32,000 nucleotides of DNA from the NCBI RefSeq assembly GCF_042660085.1, contig NZ_JBHSTI010000008.1, forward strand, positions 540,001-572,000, in the 5' to 3' direction. The notes below the pieces were generated by a model that was given only the letters and a program-made list of their open reading frames with translations, ran no database searches and was not told the DNA's origin. The stretch comes from Longivirga aurantiaca (GTDB taxonomy: Bacteria > Actinomycetota > Actinomycetes > S36-B12 > CAIYMF01). The position numbers and the translations under genes are program-made. Numbering within the stretch: position 1 is the first letter of the stretch; the number at the start of each line of letters is the position of its first letter. This document shows positions 1-9,481 of the stretch, piece after piece.

Positions 1-109
1 GGAGCGCCGGCGCCGGCGTCTGCCAGGACACCGCGGCGGTTGCCGCCCTAGCGTGGTGCTGTCCGCAGCGGAGTGCCGTGGGGCGCCCGCGACGCGGGCG
101 GAGGCGGTC

Positions 110-1366
110 ATGAGCGGCTCCATCACGCCGACGGCGCCTGCCCCGTACGAGCAGGGGCCGTCGGTCGGCACCACACCTTCAGCAGCCCCGCGCCACCGCG
201 GTCGCCGGGCCCTGGTCGTCCTCGCAGCCACCCTCGCCGTGCTGCTGGGGATCTTCTACCTCGGGGGAGGCTGGTACTTCTCCAGCCAGATCGAGTCGGG
301 TGCGCTCGCGAGCACACCGGGTCCGATGGCCCCGTCGTACAACCTGACCGTGACGGTGGTCGAGCCGGGCTCGGTCACCTACCGGTCCTCCGGCGACCTC
401 TCGCCGTCCTTCGAGCAGGCCTCGAGCTATGCGCTGCTCTGGGAGGGCGGCTGGGCGCACGTCGGTCCGCCGACGGACGTCGTCGACGGCGCGGTCACGC
501 GCCCGATGAGCGACGTCACCGGTACGCCGCCCGAGGCGGGCACCCCGGCCGCGCTCGAGCGCGACTGGTACATCGGCGACCCCCAGACGGCGCTCGGCTA
601 TGCGTTCGAGGACGTCGTGGTGACGAGCGTCCACGGCCAGCTCCCCGCGTGGTACGTGCCGGCGGCAGAGGCGTCCACCTGGACAGCCGTGATGGTGCAC
701 GGACGCGACGGGTTCCGCCGCGAGACCCTCCGGGCGGCCGAGATCGCGCACAAGGCCGGGTACAACGTGCTCGCCATCACCTATCTCGGCGACTACGGGA
801 ACATGCCGTACGCCGACGGTCATCTCGGCTTCGGCACCACCGAGTGGCCGGACGTCGAGGCCGCTGTGCAGTGGGCCGTCGCGCGCGGCACGACGGACGT
901 GGTCCTGGTGGGCAACTCCATGGGTACCACCGTCATCTCCGCCTTCCTGCGCGAGTCCGAACGCGCGTCGCTGGTTCGCGGCATGGTGCTCGACTCGGCG
1001 GCGATCGACCTGGCGCAGACGGTCGAGGCCGGTGCGGCCCAGGTGTCGCTGCCGGTCCTCGGTGCTCCACCGTCGAGCCTCGTCGCGGTCGCGGAGTGGT
1101 TCGCGCAGCTCAGGTTCGGCGTGGACTGGGACTACCTCGACTACGCCGACGACGCGATGTGGGACACGGTTCCGACGCTCGCGCTGCACGGGTCGGAGGA
1201 TCCGACCGTCACCGTTCAGGTGAGTCGCGACTTCGCCGCCATGCACCCGGAAACCGTTCAGTACGAGGAGTTCCCGGGCGCTCAGCACGTGGAGTCGTGG
1301 AACACCGATCGTGCGCGCTACGAAGCCGTGCTGTCCGCGTTCCTCACGGAGGTCCGGACCGGCTGA
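110..1366 (+). CDS. membrane-anchored alpha/beta-fold hydrolase
   Basis: Frame of ORF 53..1366. ATG at 110 lies 5 nt after GGAGG (100-104). N-terminal hydrophobic helix (ALVVLAATLAVLLGIFYLGGGWYF), nucleophile elbow GNSMG, HG motif VMVHGRDG, C-terminal His in GAQHVESW. Confidence 0.75.
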   Translation: MSGSITPTAPAPYEQGPSVGTTPSAAPRHRGRRALVVLAATLAVLLGIFYLGGGWYFSSQIESGALASTPGPMAPSYNLTVTVVEPGSVTYRSSGDLSPSFEQASSYALLWEGGWAHVGPPTDVVDGAVTRPMSDVTGTPPEAGTPAALERDWYIGDPQTALGYAFEDVVVTSVHGQLPAWYVPAAEASTWTAVMVHGRDGFRRETLRAAEIAHKAGYNVLAITYLGDYGNMPYADGHLGFGTTEWPDVEAAVQWAVARGTTDVVLVGNSMGTTVISAFLRESERASLVRGMVLDSAAIDLAQTVEAGAAQVSLPVLGAPPSSLVAVAEWFAQLRFGVDWDYLDYADDAMWDTVPTLALHGSEDPTVTVQVSRDFAAMHPETVQYEEFPGAQHVESWNTDRARYEAVLSAFLTEVRTG

Positions 1367-1393
1367 CTGGTCCTCCGACGCGCAGGCGCTGCC

Positions 1394-1422
1394 GGGCCGG
1401 CCAGCAGGACTGCTGCCGGCCC
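1394..1422 (+). terminator. GC-rich hairpin after the hydrolase gene (no U-tract)
   Basis: GGGCCGGCCAGCAG-ga-CTGCTGCCGGCCC, a 13-bp stem with one bulge, 28 nt after the stop codon. Confidence 0.35.
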
Positions 1423-1486
1423 GACCGCGCCGTCCGGGGGCACGAGGACCGGGACCGGCGAGCGGGTGGGCTAGCCTCGCGGCGTC

Positions 1487-2632
1487 ATGGATGCCGTCCT
1501 CGTCGCTGCTGCCGTCGTCACCCCTGAGCGCGTGCTGCGCCCCGGGTGGGTGCGCGTCGTCGGCGACCGCATCGATGGCGTGGGGGAGGGACCGCCGCTC
1601 GGCGGGGGCGTGACCGACCTCGGCGACTCGATCCTCGTCGCAGGCCTGGTCGACGTGCACTGCCACGGTGGCGGCGGGGAGTCGTTCGGCGCTGACGCCG
1701 AGGCCTCGGCCGGTGCGGCCGCAGCGCACCTGGCGCACGGCACGACCTCGGTGGTCGCCTCCCTCGTGAGCGGTCCGCAGGACCGCATGCTGCGCGAGAT
1801 CGCCTCTCTCGCAAGCCTTGTCGAGGACGGAGTGATAGCGGGCGTGCACCTCGAGGGGCCGTGGCTCTCGCACGCGCAGTGCGGCGCCCACGACCCGTCG
1901 CAGCTGCGCGCACCCTCTCCTGGCGAGGTGCGGGCGCTCCTCGCCAACCCCGTCGTGCGGATGGTGACGCTCGCCCCCGAGCTCGACGGCGCGCTCGACG
2001 CCGTGCGCGCGATCGTCGACGCGGGCGCCGTCGCGGCCCTGGGTCACACCGATGCGGACCTCGCGACCACCAGGGCCGCCATCGCGGCAGGCGCGCGTCA
2101 GGCGACGCACCTGTTCAACGCCATGCGGCCGCTCCGGCATCGCGACCCCGGCCCGGTGCTCGCGCTGCTGGAGGACGACCGCGTGGCGCTCGAGCTGGTG
2201 CGCGACGGCGTCCACCTCGACCCCGACCTGTGCGCATGGCTCGACTCCACGGTGGCGCCGCACCGGCTCGTGGCGGTGACCGACGCGATGGCCGCGGCTG
2301 CGGGCGACGGCGGCCGGTACGTGCTCGGCAGCCTCGACGTCGATGTGATCGACGGGGTGGCACGCGTCGCCGGCACGGACACGATCGCCGGCAGCACGGC
2401 GACCGCCGACGCGCTCTTCCGTTCCGTCGCGGGTCCGTCGTACGACGACGCATCGCTGCAGCGCGCGGGACTGCAGACCGCGACGAACCCGGCCCGGGCG
2501 CTCGGGCTCGACGACGTGGGCGCGCTCGCCGCCGGGCTGCGCGCCGACCTCGTGGCGCTCGACCCGGAGGCCCTCCGGGTGCGCGGCGTGCTGCGCGCGG
2601 GGGCCTGGGCGACGGCCCCCGGGATGCGCTGA
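1487..2632 (+). CDS. nagA: N-acetylglucosamine-6-phosphate deacetylase
   Basis: 381-aa ORF with amidohydrolase/NagA motifs: VDVHCHGGGG, HLEGPW, LGHTDA, THLFNAM. Confidence 0.9.
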   Translation: MDAVLVAAAVVTPERVLRPGWVRVVGDRIDGVGEGPPLGGGVTDLGDSILVAGLVDVHCHGGGGESFGADAEASAGAAAAHLAHGTTSVVASLVSGPQDRMLREIASLASLVEDGVIAGVHLEGPWLSHAQCGAHDPSQLRAPSPGEVRALLANPVVRMVTLAPELDGALDAVRAIVDAGAVAALGHTDADLATTRAAIAAGARQATHLFNAMRPLRHRDPGPVLALLEDDRVALELVRDGVHLDPDLCAWLDSTVAPHRLVAVTDAMAAAAGDGGRYVLGSLDVDVIDGVARVAGTDTIAGSTATADALFRSVAGPSYDDASLQRAGLQTATNPARALGLDDVGALAAGLRADLVALDPEALRVRGVLRAGAWATAPGMR

Positions 2633-2672
2633 GCGCCGTCCATCACGAGTCGGTAAACCCGGGCGCCGGGCC

Positions 2673-2701
2673 TTGACGAGAGTTGGTTAGTAAACTTTAC
2701 T
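2673..2701 (+). promoter_or_regulatory. candidate promoter giving a leaderless or near-leaderless ROK-regulator transcript
   Basis: TTGACG (2673-2678), 17-nt spacer, TTTACT (2696-2701). The ATG at 2709 lies 7 nt after the -10 and there is no SD sequence. Confidence 0.4.
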
Positions 2702-2705
2702 AACC
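2685..2705. promoter_or_regulatory. perfect 10+1+10 palindromic operator GGTTAGTAAA-C-TTTACTAACC
   Basis: Read directly from the sequence. It is an AT-rich island in GC-rich DNA, overlaps the spacer and -10 of the candidate promoter, and ends 3 nt before the regulator ATG. Confidence 0.6.
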
Positions 2706-2708
2706 GCC

Positions 2709-3839
2709 ATGTCCACCCGCTCCCCGCGTCGTCTTCAGCACGACAGCGCCGTTCTCCCCGCCGACGGGCGGCGGCAGAACCTGTCGCTGGTGCTCCAGGC
2801 GCTCTACACCGGGGGCGCGATGAGCAGGGCCGACCTCGCCCGTCGGCTGCAGCTCACCAAGGTGACCGTCTCGGACCTCGTCTCGGTGCTCCTCGAGCGC
2901 GGGCAGGCCGTCGAGCTCGGCCAGTCCGACACCGTGCGCCCGGGCAAGCCGGCCACCCTCGTCGACGTCAACCGCACGGGTCTGCAGGTGGTCGGCGTCG
3001 ACCTGACCGCGCACGAGGTGCTGCGCGCAGCGGTGCTCGACCTCGACGGCAACGTCCTGCACCGCAGCGAGCGGCCGCTCACCGGCCGGGCCGCGGGGGC
3101 CGACGTCCTCGCCGACGTCCTCGCCCTCGTCGCCGACGCCGTGGCCCTCGCGACCGAGACCGTCCTCGGCATCGGCGTGGGCACGCCCGGAGTCGTCGGC
3201 CCGGACGGCGATGTGCTCACCGCCCCCAACCTCGGCTGGACCGACGTCCCGCTGCGCGCGCTCCTCGCCGAGGCGACCGGCCTGCCTGTGCTCGTGTGCA
3301 ACGACGCCGATGCCGCGGTGCACGCCGAGCACACCCTCGGCGACGGCGGCGACGACCTGATCCTCGTGCGCATCGGCCTCGGCGTCGGCTGCGGCCTCAT
3401 CGTCGACGGCCAGCGGGTGCGCGGCGCGCACTTCGCAGCCGGAGAGATCGGGCACGTGACCGTCGGCACCGACGGCGGCGAGACCTGCGGCTGCGGCAAC
3501 GTCGGCTGCCTCGAGACCTGGATCTCCGCTCCGCGGCTGCAGAAGGCGATCGCCGACAGCGCCACGGACTCCGACGGTGCGCTTCGGTCGGCGGGCGAAC
3601 GCCTCGCGATCGCGCTCGCACCGGTCGTGGCCGCGCTCGACCTCTCCGAGGTCGTGCTCGCCGGCCCCCATGAACTTGTCGACGGCCCGCTGCTCCGAGC
3701 CGTGGACGAGACCCTGCGCAGCCGGATGCTCGCGCGCAACGCCTCGGCACTCGAGGTGCGCGTCGCGACGCAGCCGGAGGACATCGTCCTGCGCGGGGCT
3801 GCAGTGCTGGTCCTCTGGGACCAGTGGGGGGTGGCCTGA
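2709..3839 (+). CDS. ROK-family transcriptional regulator (NagC/Mlc-like)
   Basis: N-terminal winged HTH (MSRADLARRLQLTKVTVSDLVSVLLERG) plus ROK sugar-kinase-like body with Zn motif GHVTV...CGCGNVGCLETW. Confidence 0.85.
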   Translation: MSTRSPRRLQHDSAVLPADGRRQNLSLVLQALYTGGAMSRADLARRLQLTKVTVSDLVSVLLERGQAVELGQSDTVRPGKPATLVDVNRTGLQVVGVDLTAHEVLRAAVLDLDGNVLHRSERPLTGRAAGADVLADVLALVADAVALATETVLGIGVGTPGVVGPDGDVLTAPNLGWTDVPLRALLAEATGLPVLVCNDADAAVHAEHTLGDGGDDLILVRIGLGVGCGLIVDGQRVRGAHFAAGEIGHVTVGTDGGETCGCGNVGCLETWISAPRLQKAIADSATDSDGALRSAGERLAIALAPVVAALDLSEVVLAGPHELVDGPLLRAVDETLRSRMLARNASALEVRVATQPEDIVLRGAAVLVLWDQWGVA

Positions 3840-3913
3840 ATCCACCGAGCAGCAAGGACTCGAACCAGCCTGGCCGTCACGGCGGCCCATCCCACCGAAT
3901 GGATGACCACGTC

Positions 3914-5284
3914 ATGAAGAAGCTCCTCGGCCTCGCGGCAGCCACTGCCGTCGCGGCCCTCGCGCTCACTGCCTGCAGCAGCGGCAGCGGTGACGCGGGC
4001 ACCAGCGCATCTCCGTCCGCACCTGCCTCGAGCGCCGACAACTCCAGCCGCAGCATCACCCTGTGGCTGGCGGGCGGCGACACCCCGGACGAGCTCCGGA
4101 CCTACCTCAAGGACACGTTCAAGGCGAAGACGGGCGCCACGCTCGCCATCGAGGAGCAGTCGTGGGGCGACCTGCTGACCAAGCTCACCACCGCGCTCCC
4201 TGACGCGGAGAACACCCCCGACGTCGTCGAGCTCGGCAACACCCAGGCCCCGACGTTTACCAACGTGGGCGCCTTCGCCGACGTGAGCGACATGTACGAG
4301 GAGCTGGGCGGCGCCAAGCTGCTGCAGTCCTTCGTCGAGGCCGGCAGCGTCGACGGCAAGCAGTACGCACTGCCGTACTACTTCGGCTCGCGCTACATGT
4401 TCGTGCGCAAGGACGTCTGGAAGGAGGCCGGCGTCGAGACGCCGACCACCTTGGACGAGTTCAACTCCGCCGTCGCGGCCATCGCGGCGGACAACCCCCG
4501 CGACATCAAGAACTTCTCGGGTTTCTTCATCGGCGGCCAGGACTGGCGCAACGGCATCTCGTGGATCTTCGCCAACGGCGGCGACCTCGCCAAGAAGGTC
4601 GACGGCCAGTGGCAGTCGACCCTCGCCGACGCCAACAGCCTCAAGGGTCTCGCGCAGCTCCAGGCGATCTACAGGACGGCGTCGAACGCTCCCGCGGACG
4701 CCAAGGACCAGTCGCCGTGGCTTTACATCAACGACACGGACGCCATCACCGACGCCAACGGCGAGGTGACCGGCAAGACCTCTCTCGCCGCCGCCACGAT
4801 CATGGCCCCGGGCTGGGCGCACTGGTCGATCGGCGACCTCAAGAAGGTCGACGGCAAGGACACGCGCGAGTGGAACCCGGAGAAGTTCGGGACGATGGTG
4901 CTGCCGGGCAACGACGGCAAGCCCGCCCCGGTCTTCGCCGGCGGCTCGAACATCGGCATCTCGGCCACGAGCAAGAACCAGGACCTGGCCCGCGAGCTCA
5001 TGCGGATCATCTTCTCGGCCGAGTACCAGCAGAAGCTGGGCGGTGCGGGCCTCGGCCCGGCCAACAGCGACTACGTCAGCGCGCTCGGTGACGACGAGTT
5101 CGCCCAGGCCCTCATCGCCTCGGCGTCCAACTCCAAGCTCACCCCTGCCGCTCCGGGTTGGGCCGCGGTCGAGTCCGCGCAGCTCATGGAGGAGTTCTTC
5201 GGCAAGGTCCGCGACGCGTCCGACCTCGCGGCCCTCGCCGCGGAGTACGACGCCAAGATCACGCCGCTCCTCAACCAGCAGTGA
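3914..5284 (+). CDS. sugar ABC transporter substrate-binding lipoprotein (GlcNAc/chitobiose-type by context)
   Basis: Start MKKLLGLAAATAVAALALTAC with lipobox LTAC. Family-1 extracellular solute-binding protein features. The upstream 30 codons of ORF 3824.. were rejected. Confidence 0.85.
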   Translation: MKKLLGLAAATAVAALALTACSSGSGDAGTSASPSAPASSADNSSRSITLWLAGGDTPDELRTYLKDTFKAKTGATLAIEEQSWGDLLTKLTTALPDAENTPDVVELGNTQAPTFTNVGAFADVSDMYEELGGAKLLQSFVEAGSVDGKQYALPYYFGSRYMFVRKDVWKEAGVETPTTLDEFNSAVAAIAADNPRDIKNFSGFFIGGQDWRNGISWIFANGGDLAKKVDGQWQSTLADANSLKGLAQLQAIYRTASNAPADAKDQSPWLYINDTDAITDANGEVTGKTSLAAATIMAPGWAHWSIGDLKKVDGKDTREWNPEKFGTMVLPGNDGKPAPVFAGGSNIGISATSKNQDLARELMRIIFSAEYQQKLGGAGLGPANSDYVSALGDDEFAQALIASASNSKLTPAAPGWAAVESAQLMEEFFGKVRDASDLAALAAEYDAKITPLLNQQ

Positions 5285-5290
5285 CGTCGT

Positions 5291-5326
5291 CCACGGCGGC
5301 CGGGGCCCCGGCCCCGGCCGCCGTGG
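5291..5326 (+). terminator. intercistronic perfect 15-bp GC stem-loop (partial terminator or mRNA stabiliser)
   Basis: CCACGGCGGCCGGGG-ccccgg-CCCCGGCCGCCGTGG, starting 7 nt after the binding-protein stop. It is followed by a strong SD (AGGAGAAGGAGGAA) for the permease. Confidence 0.5.
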
Positions 5327-5409
5327 CACGCCACGACCAGCTCGACCCGGCGCCCGACCCGGCGCCCCGCAACCGCCAGAAGCCGATCAGGAGAAGGAGG
5401 AACGACCGC

Positions 5410-6309
5410 ATGGCCACCAGCCGATCCGACCGACGCGCGCCGCTCCTGCTGGTGCTCCCGACGATGCTCATCCTCCTGCTCGCGCTCGGCTACCCGATCG
5501 CCTGGCAGCTCGTCACGAGCCTGCAGAAGTACGGCCTGCGCCAGCAGTTCGGGCAGCCGCCCGAGTGGGTCTGGCTCGAGAACTACCGCACCCTCGTCAG
5601 CGACCCGACGCTCTGGGCGGTCGTGGCCCGCTCGCTGGTGTTCTGCGTCGTCGTCGCCTTCCTGACCGTGGCGATCGGCGGGCTCCTCGCGCTGCTCATG
5701 CAGCGGGTCGGGGGCTTCGCGCGGATCGTCCTGCAGGTGTCGCTGCTGCTCGCCTGGGCGATGCCCGTCGTGGCCGCGATGACCGTCTGGATCTGGATCG
5801 TCGACTGGCGCCGGGGCCTGCTCAACTGGCTCCTCGTACGCGTCGGCTTCGAGGGCGCCGACCAGCACAACTGGCTGGCGGAGCCGATCTCGTTCTTCGT
5901 GGTGGCCGGCGTCATCGTGGTCTGGATGAGCGTGCCGTTCGTGGCCCTCAGCATCTACGCCGGCCTCACCCAGGTCTCGACCGAGGTGCTCGAGGCCGCC
6001 CAGCTCGACGGGGCGTCGTGGTGGCAGCGTCTGCGCTACGTGATCGCGCCGCTCATCGCGCCCGTGATCTCCATCGTCCTTCTGCTGCAGTTGATCTGGG
6101 ACCTGCGCGTCTTCACTCAGATCAAGATGCTGCAGGACGCGGGCGGCCTCGCCAACGAGACGAACCTGCTCGGAACGTTCATCTACCAGCTCGGCACGGG
6201 CAAGGGCGACTTCGGGATGTCGAGCGCCGTCAGCGTCGTGATGCTCCTGCTCACGGTCGCCCTCAGCTGGTACTACGTCCGCTCGCTCATGAAGGAGGAG
6301 GCGGCATGA
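5410..6309 (+). CDS. carbohydrate ABC transporter permease (MalF/UgpA-like)
   Basis: ATG at 5410 after the AGGAGAAGGAGG SD. Six hydrophobic segments. EAA loop EAAQLDGASWWQRLRYVIAPL. Confidence 0.85.
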   Translation: MATSRSDRRAPLLLVLPTMLILLLALGYPIAWQLVTSLQKYGLRQQFGQPPEWVWLENYRTLVSDPTLWAVVARSLVFCVVVAFLTVAIGGLLALLMQRVGGFARIVLQVSLLLAWAMPVVAAMTVWIWIVDWRRGLLNWLLVRVGFEGADQHNWLAEPISFFVVAGVIVVWMSVPFVALSIYAGLTQVSTEVLEAAQLDGASWWQRLRYVIAPLIAPVISIVLLLQLIWDLRVFTQIKMLQDAGGLANETNLLGTFIYQLGTGKGDFGMSSAVSVVMLLLTVALSWYYVRSLMKEEAA

Positions 6310-7145
6310 CCGCGCGCCGGATCCGGTCGGGCCTGTGGTCGGGCCTCGCGGTCGTGATCGCGCTGGCCTGGGCCTTCCCCGTCTACTGGATGGTCAACTC
6401 CTCGCTGCTGCCGAACGTGCGGCTGCAGTCGACCAACCCCTCGTTCCTCCCGATCGGCGGGTCGCTCGACAACTTCACCGCGGTGTTCTCCGACCCGCGC
6501 TTCGGTCGTGCGCTGGCGACGTCGCTCGCCGTCACCTTGATCGCCGTCGTGGCCGCCATCGCGATCGCCTTCCTCGGGGCGCTGGCCGTGAGCAGGTTCC
6601 GCTTCCGCGGACGCATCTCGTTCGTGCTCGCGCTGCTGCTCATCCAGATGCTCCCGGCCGAGGGCCTGTTCATCGCGCAGTACAAGATGATGTCGTCGGT
6701 CGGGCAGCTCAACAGCGTCATCGGCCTGTCGGTCCTCTACGCGGCGGCCGTCATCCCGTTCACGATCTGGATGCTGCGCGGCTTCGTCGCGGGAGTCCCG
6801 ATCGAGCTCGAGGAGGCGGCGATGGTCGACGGCCTGTCGCGCACGCGGGCCTTCCTCCGGATCACCTTCCCGCTGCTCGCGCCCGGGCTCGTCGCGTCCG
6901 CGGTCTACGCGTTCCTGCAGGCATGGAACGAGTTCACCGTCGCGCTCGTGGTGATGACCGAGGAGCAGTCCCGCACGCTCCCGCTCTGGCTGCGCGGCTT
7001 CGTGCAGGCGAGCGCCACCCGCGAGACCGACTGGGGGCAGGTGATGGCGGCGTCCGCCCTCGTCGCGGTGCCCGTGATCATCTTCTTCATGATCGTGCAG
7101 GGCCGCATGAGCAGCGGCCTCGTCGGCGGGGCGGTGAAAGGCTAG
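6306..7145 (+). CDS. carbohydrate ABC transporter permease (MalG/UgpE-like)
   Basis: ATGA overlap with the upstream permease stop. EAA loop EEAAMVDGLSRTRAFLRITFPLLAPG. Confidence 0.85.
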   Translation: MTARRIRSGLWSGLAVVIALAWAFPVYWMVNSSLLPNVRLQSTNPSFLPIGGSLDNFTAVFSDPRFGRALATSLAVTLIAVVAAIAIAFLGALAVSRFRFRGRISFVLALLLIQMLPAEGLFIAQYKMMSSVGQLNSVIGLSVLYAAAVIPFTIWMLRGFVAGVPIELEEAAMVDGLSRTRAFLRITFPLLAPGLVASAVYAFLQAWNEFTVALVVMTEEQSRTLPLWLRGFVQASATRETDWGQVMAASALVAVPVIIFFMIVQGRMSSGLVGGAVKG

Positions 7146-8552
7146 ATGTCCGACCAGCCCGACGTGCGCCGCCTCGTGCTGCGCACCCTCATGCCCGGGT
7201 TCGCCGGCACCGTCGTGCCCGTGTGGCTCGACGCCGCTCTGCGTGACGGCCTCGGCTCCGTGTGCCTCTACGGCTCCAACGTCGTCGATGTCGAGCAGCT
7301 CACCGGCCTCTGCGCCGACCTGCGGTCGCGGTCGCCGCAGGTGGTCCTCGCCACCGACGAGGAGGGCGGCGACGTCACGCGCCTGCACTACCGCACCGGT
7401 TCGCCGTACGTCGGCAACGGCGTCCTCGGCCGGCTCGACGACCTCGACGCCACCCGCGCCCAGGCCGCGTGGATCGCGCGCGACCTGCGCGGCGTCGGGA
7501 TCCAGCTCGACCTCGGCCCGGTGGTCGACGTCAACTCCTCCGACGACAACCCGGTGATCGGCAGCCGCAGCTTCGGCGCGGACCCCGACCTCGTCGCGCG
7601 GCACTCGGCCGCGTGGGTGGAGGCGCTGCAGGCCGGCGGGGTCGCCGCGTGCGCCAAGCACTTCCCGGGGCATGGCGACACCACCGCCGACTCGCACCAT
7701 GCTCTGCCGGTCGTCGACGTCGACGCGGACCTCCTGCGCCGGCGCGAGCTGGCACCGTTCGCCGCCGTCGTCCAGGCAGGCGCAGCCAGCGTGATGACGG
7801 CGGCGATCATGGTGCCGTCTGTCGACGCCGTGAACGCGGGCACGTTCTCCGCCGCGCTGCTGCAGGGCGTGCTGCGCGACGAGCTCGGCTTCGACGGCGT
7901 CATCGTGACCGACGCCCTCGACATGGCGGGAGCCTCGGCCGAGACGGGCATCCCCGAGGCCGCCGTGCGCGCGCTGGTCGCCGGGTGCGACCTGCTGTGC
8001 CTCGGCTCGGACACCGACCCGGCCCTGTTCGCGGAGATCGTCGAGCACGTGGTGGCCGCCCTCGCGTCGGGCCGGCTGCCGCTGGCGCGCGTGGCAGAGG
8101 CGGCCGCGCGGGTCGAGCGCCTCGCGATCGGCGTCGCCGGATCACCCGAGGCGCGGCCGTCGGACGTCGGTCTCGACGCGACCCCGGCGTTCGCCCTCAC
8201 CGACCGCGCTCGTACGTGGCTCGAGGGGGACGGCGATGTCGCGATCGTGCAGGTCTCCAGCCCCAGCAACCTCGCCGTCGGCCAGGTGCCGTGGGGCCCG
8301 GCTGCCCTCGGTGTCGCGGTCGCGGAGGACGCGGCGGCCGGTGCGACGCGGGTGGCCGTGGTCGGTCGCGACCTCGCATCCGACCACCCTGCCTGGGCAT
8401 GCGCCGACAGGCTCCGCTCGGCCGGGGCCGACGTGCTCGTCGTGGAGTCCGGCTGGCCGCGCAGCGGTGCGCGCGCCGACGTCGTCACGTGGGGCGGGTC
8501 GCCCGCGGTGGCCCGCCACCTCGTCGCCCTGCTGACGGGGGCCCGGTCATGA
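7146..8552 (+). CDS. nagZ: glycoside hydrolase family 3 beta-N-acetylhexosaminidase (NagZ-type)
   Basis: ATG directly abuts the preceding TAG. Motifs TDEEGG, KHFPGHGDTTADSH (NagZ Asp-His signature), GVIVTDALDM. Confidence 0.8.
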   Translation: MSDQPDVRRLVLRTLMPGFAGTVVPVWLDAALRDGLGSVCLYGSNVVDVEQLTGLCADLRSRSPQVVLATDEEGGDVTRLHYRTGSPYVGNGVLGRLDDLDATRAQAAWIARDLRGVGIQLDLGPVVDVNSSDDNPVIGSRSFGADPDLVARHSAAWVEALQAGGVAACAKHFPGHGDTTADSHHALPVVDVDADLLRRRELAPFAAVVQAGAASVMTAAIMVPSVDAVNAGTFSAALLQGVLRDELGFDGVIVTDALDMAGASAETGIPEAAVRALVAGCDLLCLGSDTDPALFAEIVEHVVAALASGRLPLARVAEAAARVERLAIGVAGSPEARPSDVGLDATPAFALTDRARTWLEGDGDVAIVQVSSPSNLAVGQVPWGPAALGVAVAEDAAAGATRVAVVGRDLASDHPAWACADRLRSAGADVLVVESGWPRSGARADVVTWGGSPAVARHLVALLTGARS

Positions 8553-9481
8553 GGCTCGGCGTCGACATCGGCGGCACGAAGACCGCAGCCGTGGTGCTCG
8601 GGGACGACGGCGAGGTGCTGACGACGGCGACGGCGCCATCGGGCCGGGGCGCGGTCGACGTCGTCGCGCAGGCAACGCGCATCGCCCGGCTCGCCATGGC
8701 CGAGGTCGGCGGCCCGGGCGCGATCACGGCGGCGGGCGCGTGCATCCCCGGCCTCGTCGACCCCGCCGCGGGCACCGTGCGGCACGCGGTCAACCTCGAG
8801 GTCGAGCACCTCGACCTCGCGCGCGATCTCGGTGCCGCGCTGGGGCTCGTGGTGTCGGTGGAGAACGACGTCAAGTCCGCCGCCCTCGGTGCCCACCACC
8901 TCAGCGGGCTCGGTGCGGCCCGGACCCTCGCCTACCTCAACCTGGGCACCGGCCTCGCCGCCGCTGTCGTCCATGCGGGCGAGGTCGTGCGCGGCGTCGA
9001 CGGCGTGGCAGGCGAGATCGGCCACCTGCCGTTCGGCGGCGACGTCGTCTGCGCGTGCGGCCAGACCGGCTGCCTCGAGACGACGGCGTCGGGCACCGCG
9101 CTCCTGCGCATGTGGCCCGAGGCCGCTGCGCACGACTGGGACCTCGTCGGCGCTGCCGCGCGGGGCGACTCCGCCGCGGTGCTCGCTGCCGCGTCGCTGT
9201 GCGGCGGCGTCGCGCTCGCCGTGCAGGTGCTCGTGCTCGCATCGGGTGCGCAGAGCGTCGTGATGAGCGGCGGCCTCACGGCGATGGGGGAGCCGCTGCT
9301 CGAGGCGATCCGTGCCGAGCTGCGCATCCGTGCCGCCAGCTCGCCGTTCCTCGGGTCGCTCGCGCTGGCAGAACGCGTGTCGTTCCTCCCAGCGGGCGTT
9401 CCCGTGGCCGCCATCGGGGCGGCCCGGCTGACGACGCCCGAGGTCGAGACCGCGACAGGGGGTGCGGCGTGGAGGTCCTGA
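8549..9481 (+). CDS. ROK-family sugar kinase (probable N-acetylglucosamine kinase)
   Basis: ATGA overlap with the GH3 stop. MRLGVDIGGTKTA ATP motif. No HTH domain. Zn motif GHLPF...CACGQTGCLETTASG. Confidence 0.8.
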   Translation: MRLGVDIGGTKTAAVVLGDDGEVLTTATAPSGRGAVDVVAQATRIARLAMAEVGGPGAITAAGACIPGLVDPAAGTVRHAVNLEVEHLDLARDLGAALGLVVSVENDVKSAALGAHHLSGLGAARTLAYLNLGTGLAAAVVHAGEVVRGVDGVAGEIGHLPFGGDVVCACGQTGCLETTASGTALLRMWPEAAAHDWDLVGAAARGDSAAVLAAASLCGGVALAVQVLVLASGAQSVVMSGGLTAMGEPLLEAIRAELRIRAASSPFLGSLALAERVSFLPAGVPVAAIGAARLTTPEVETATGGAAWRS

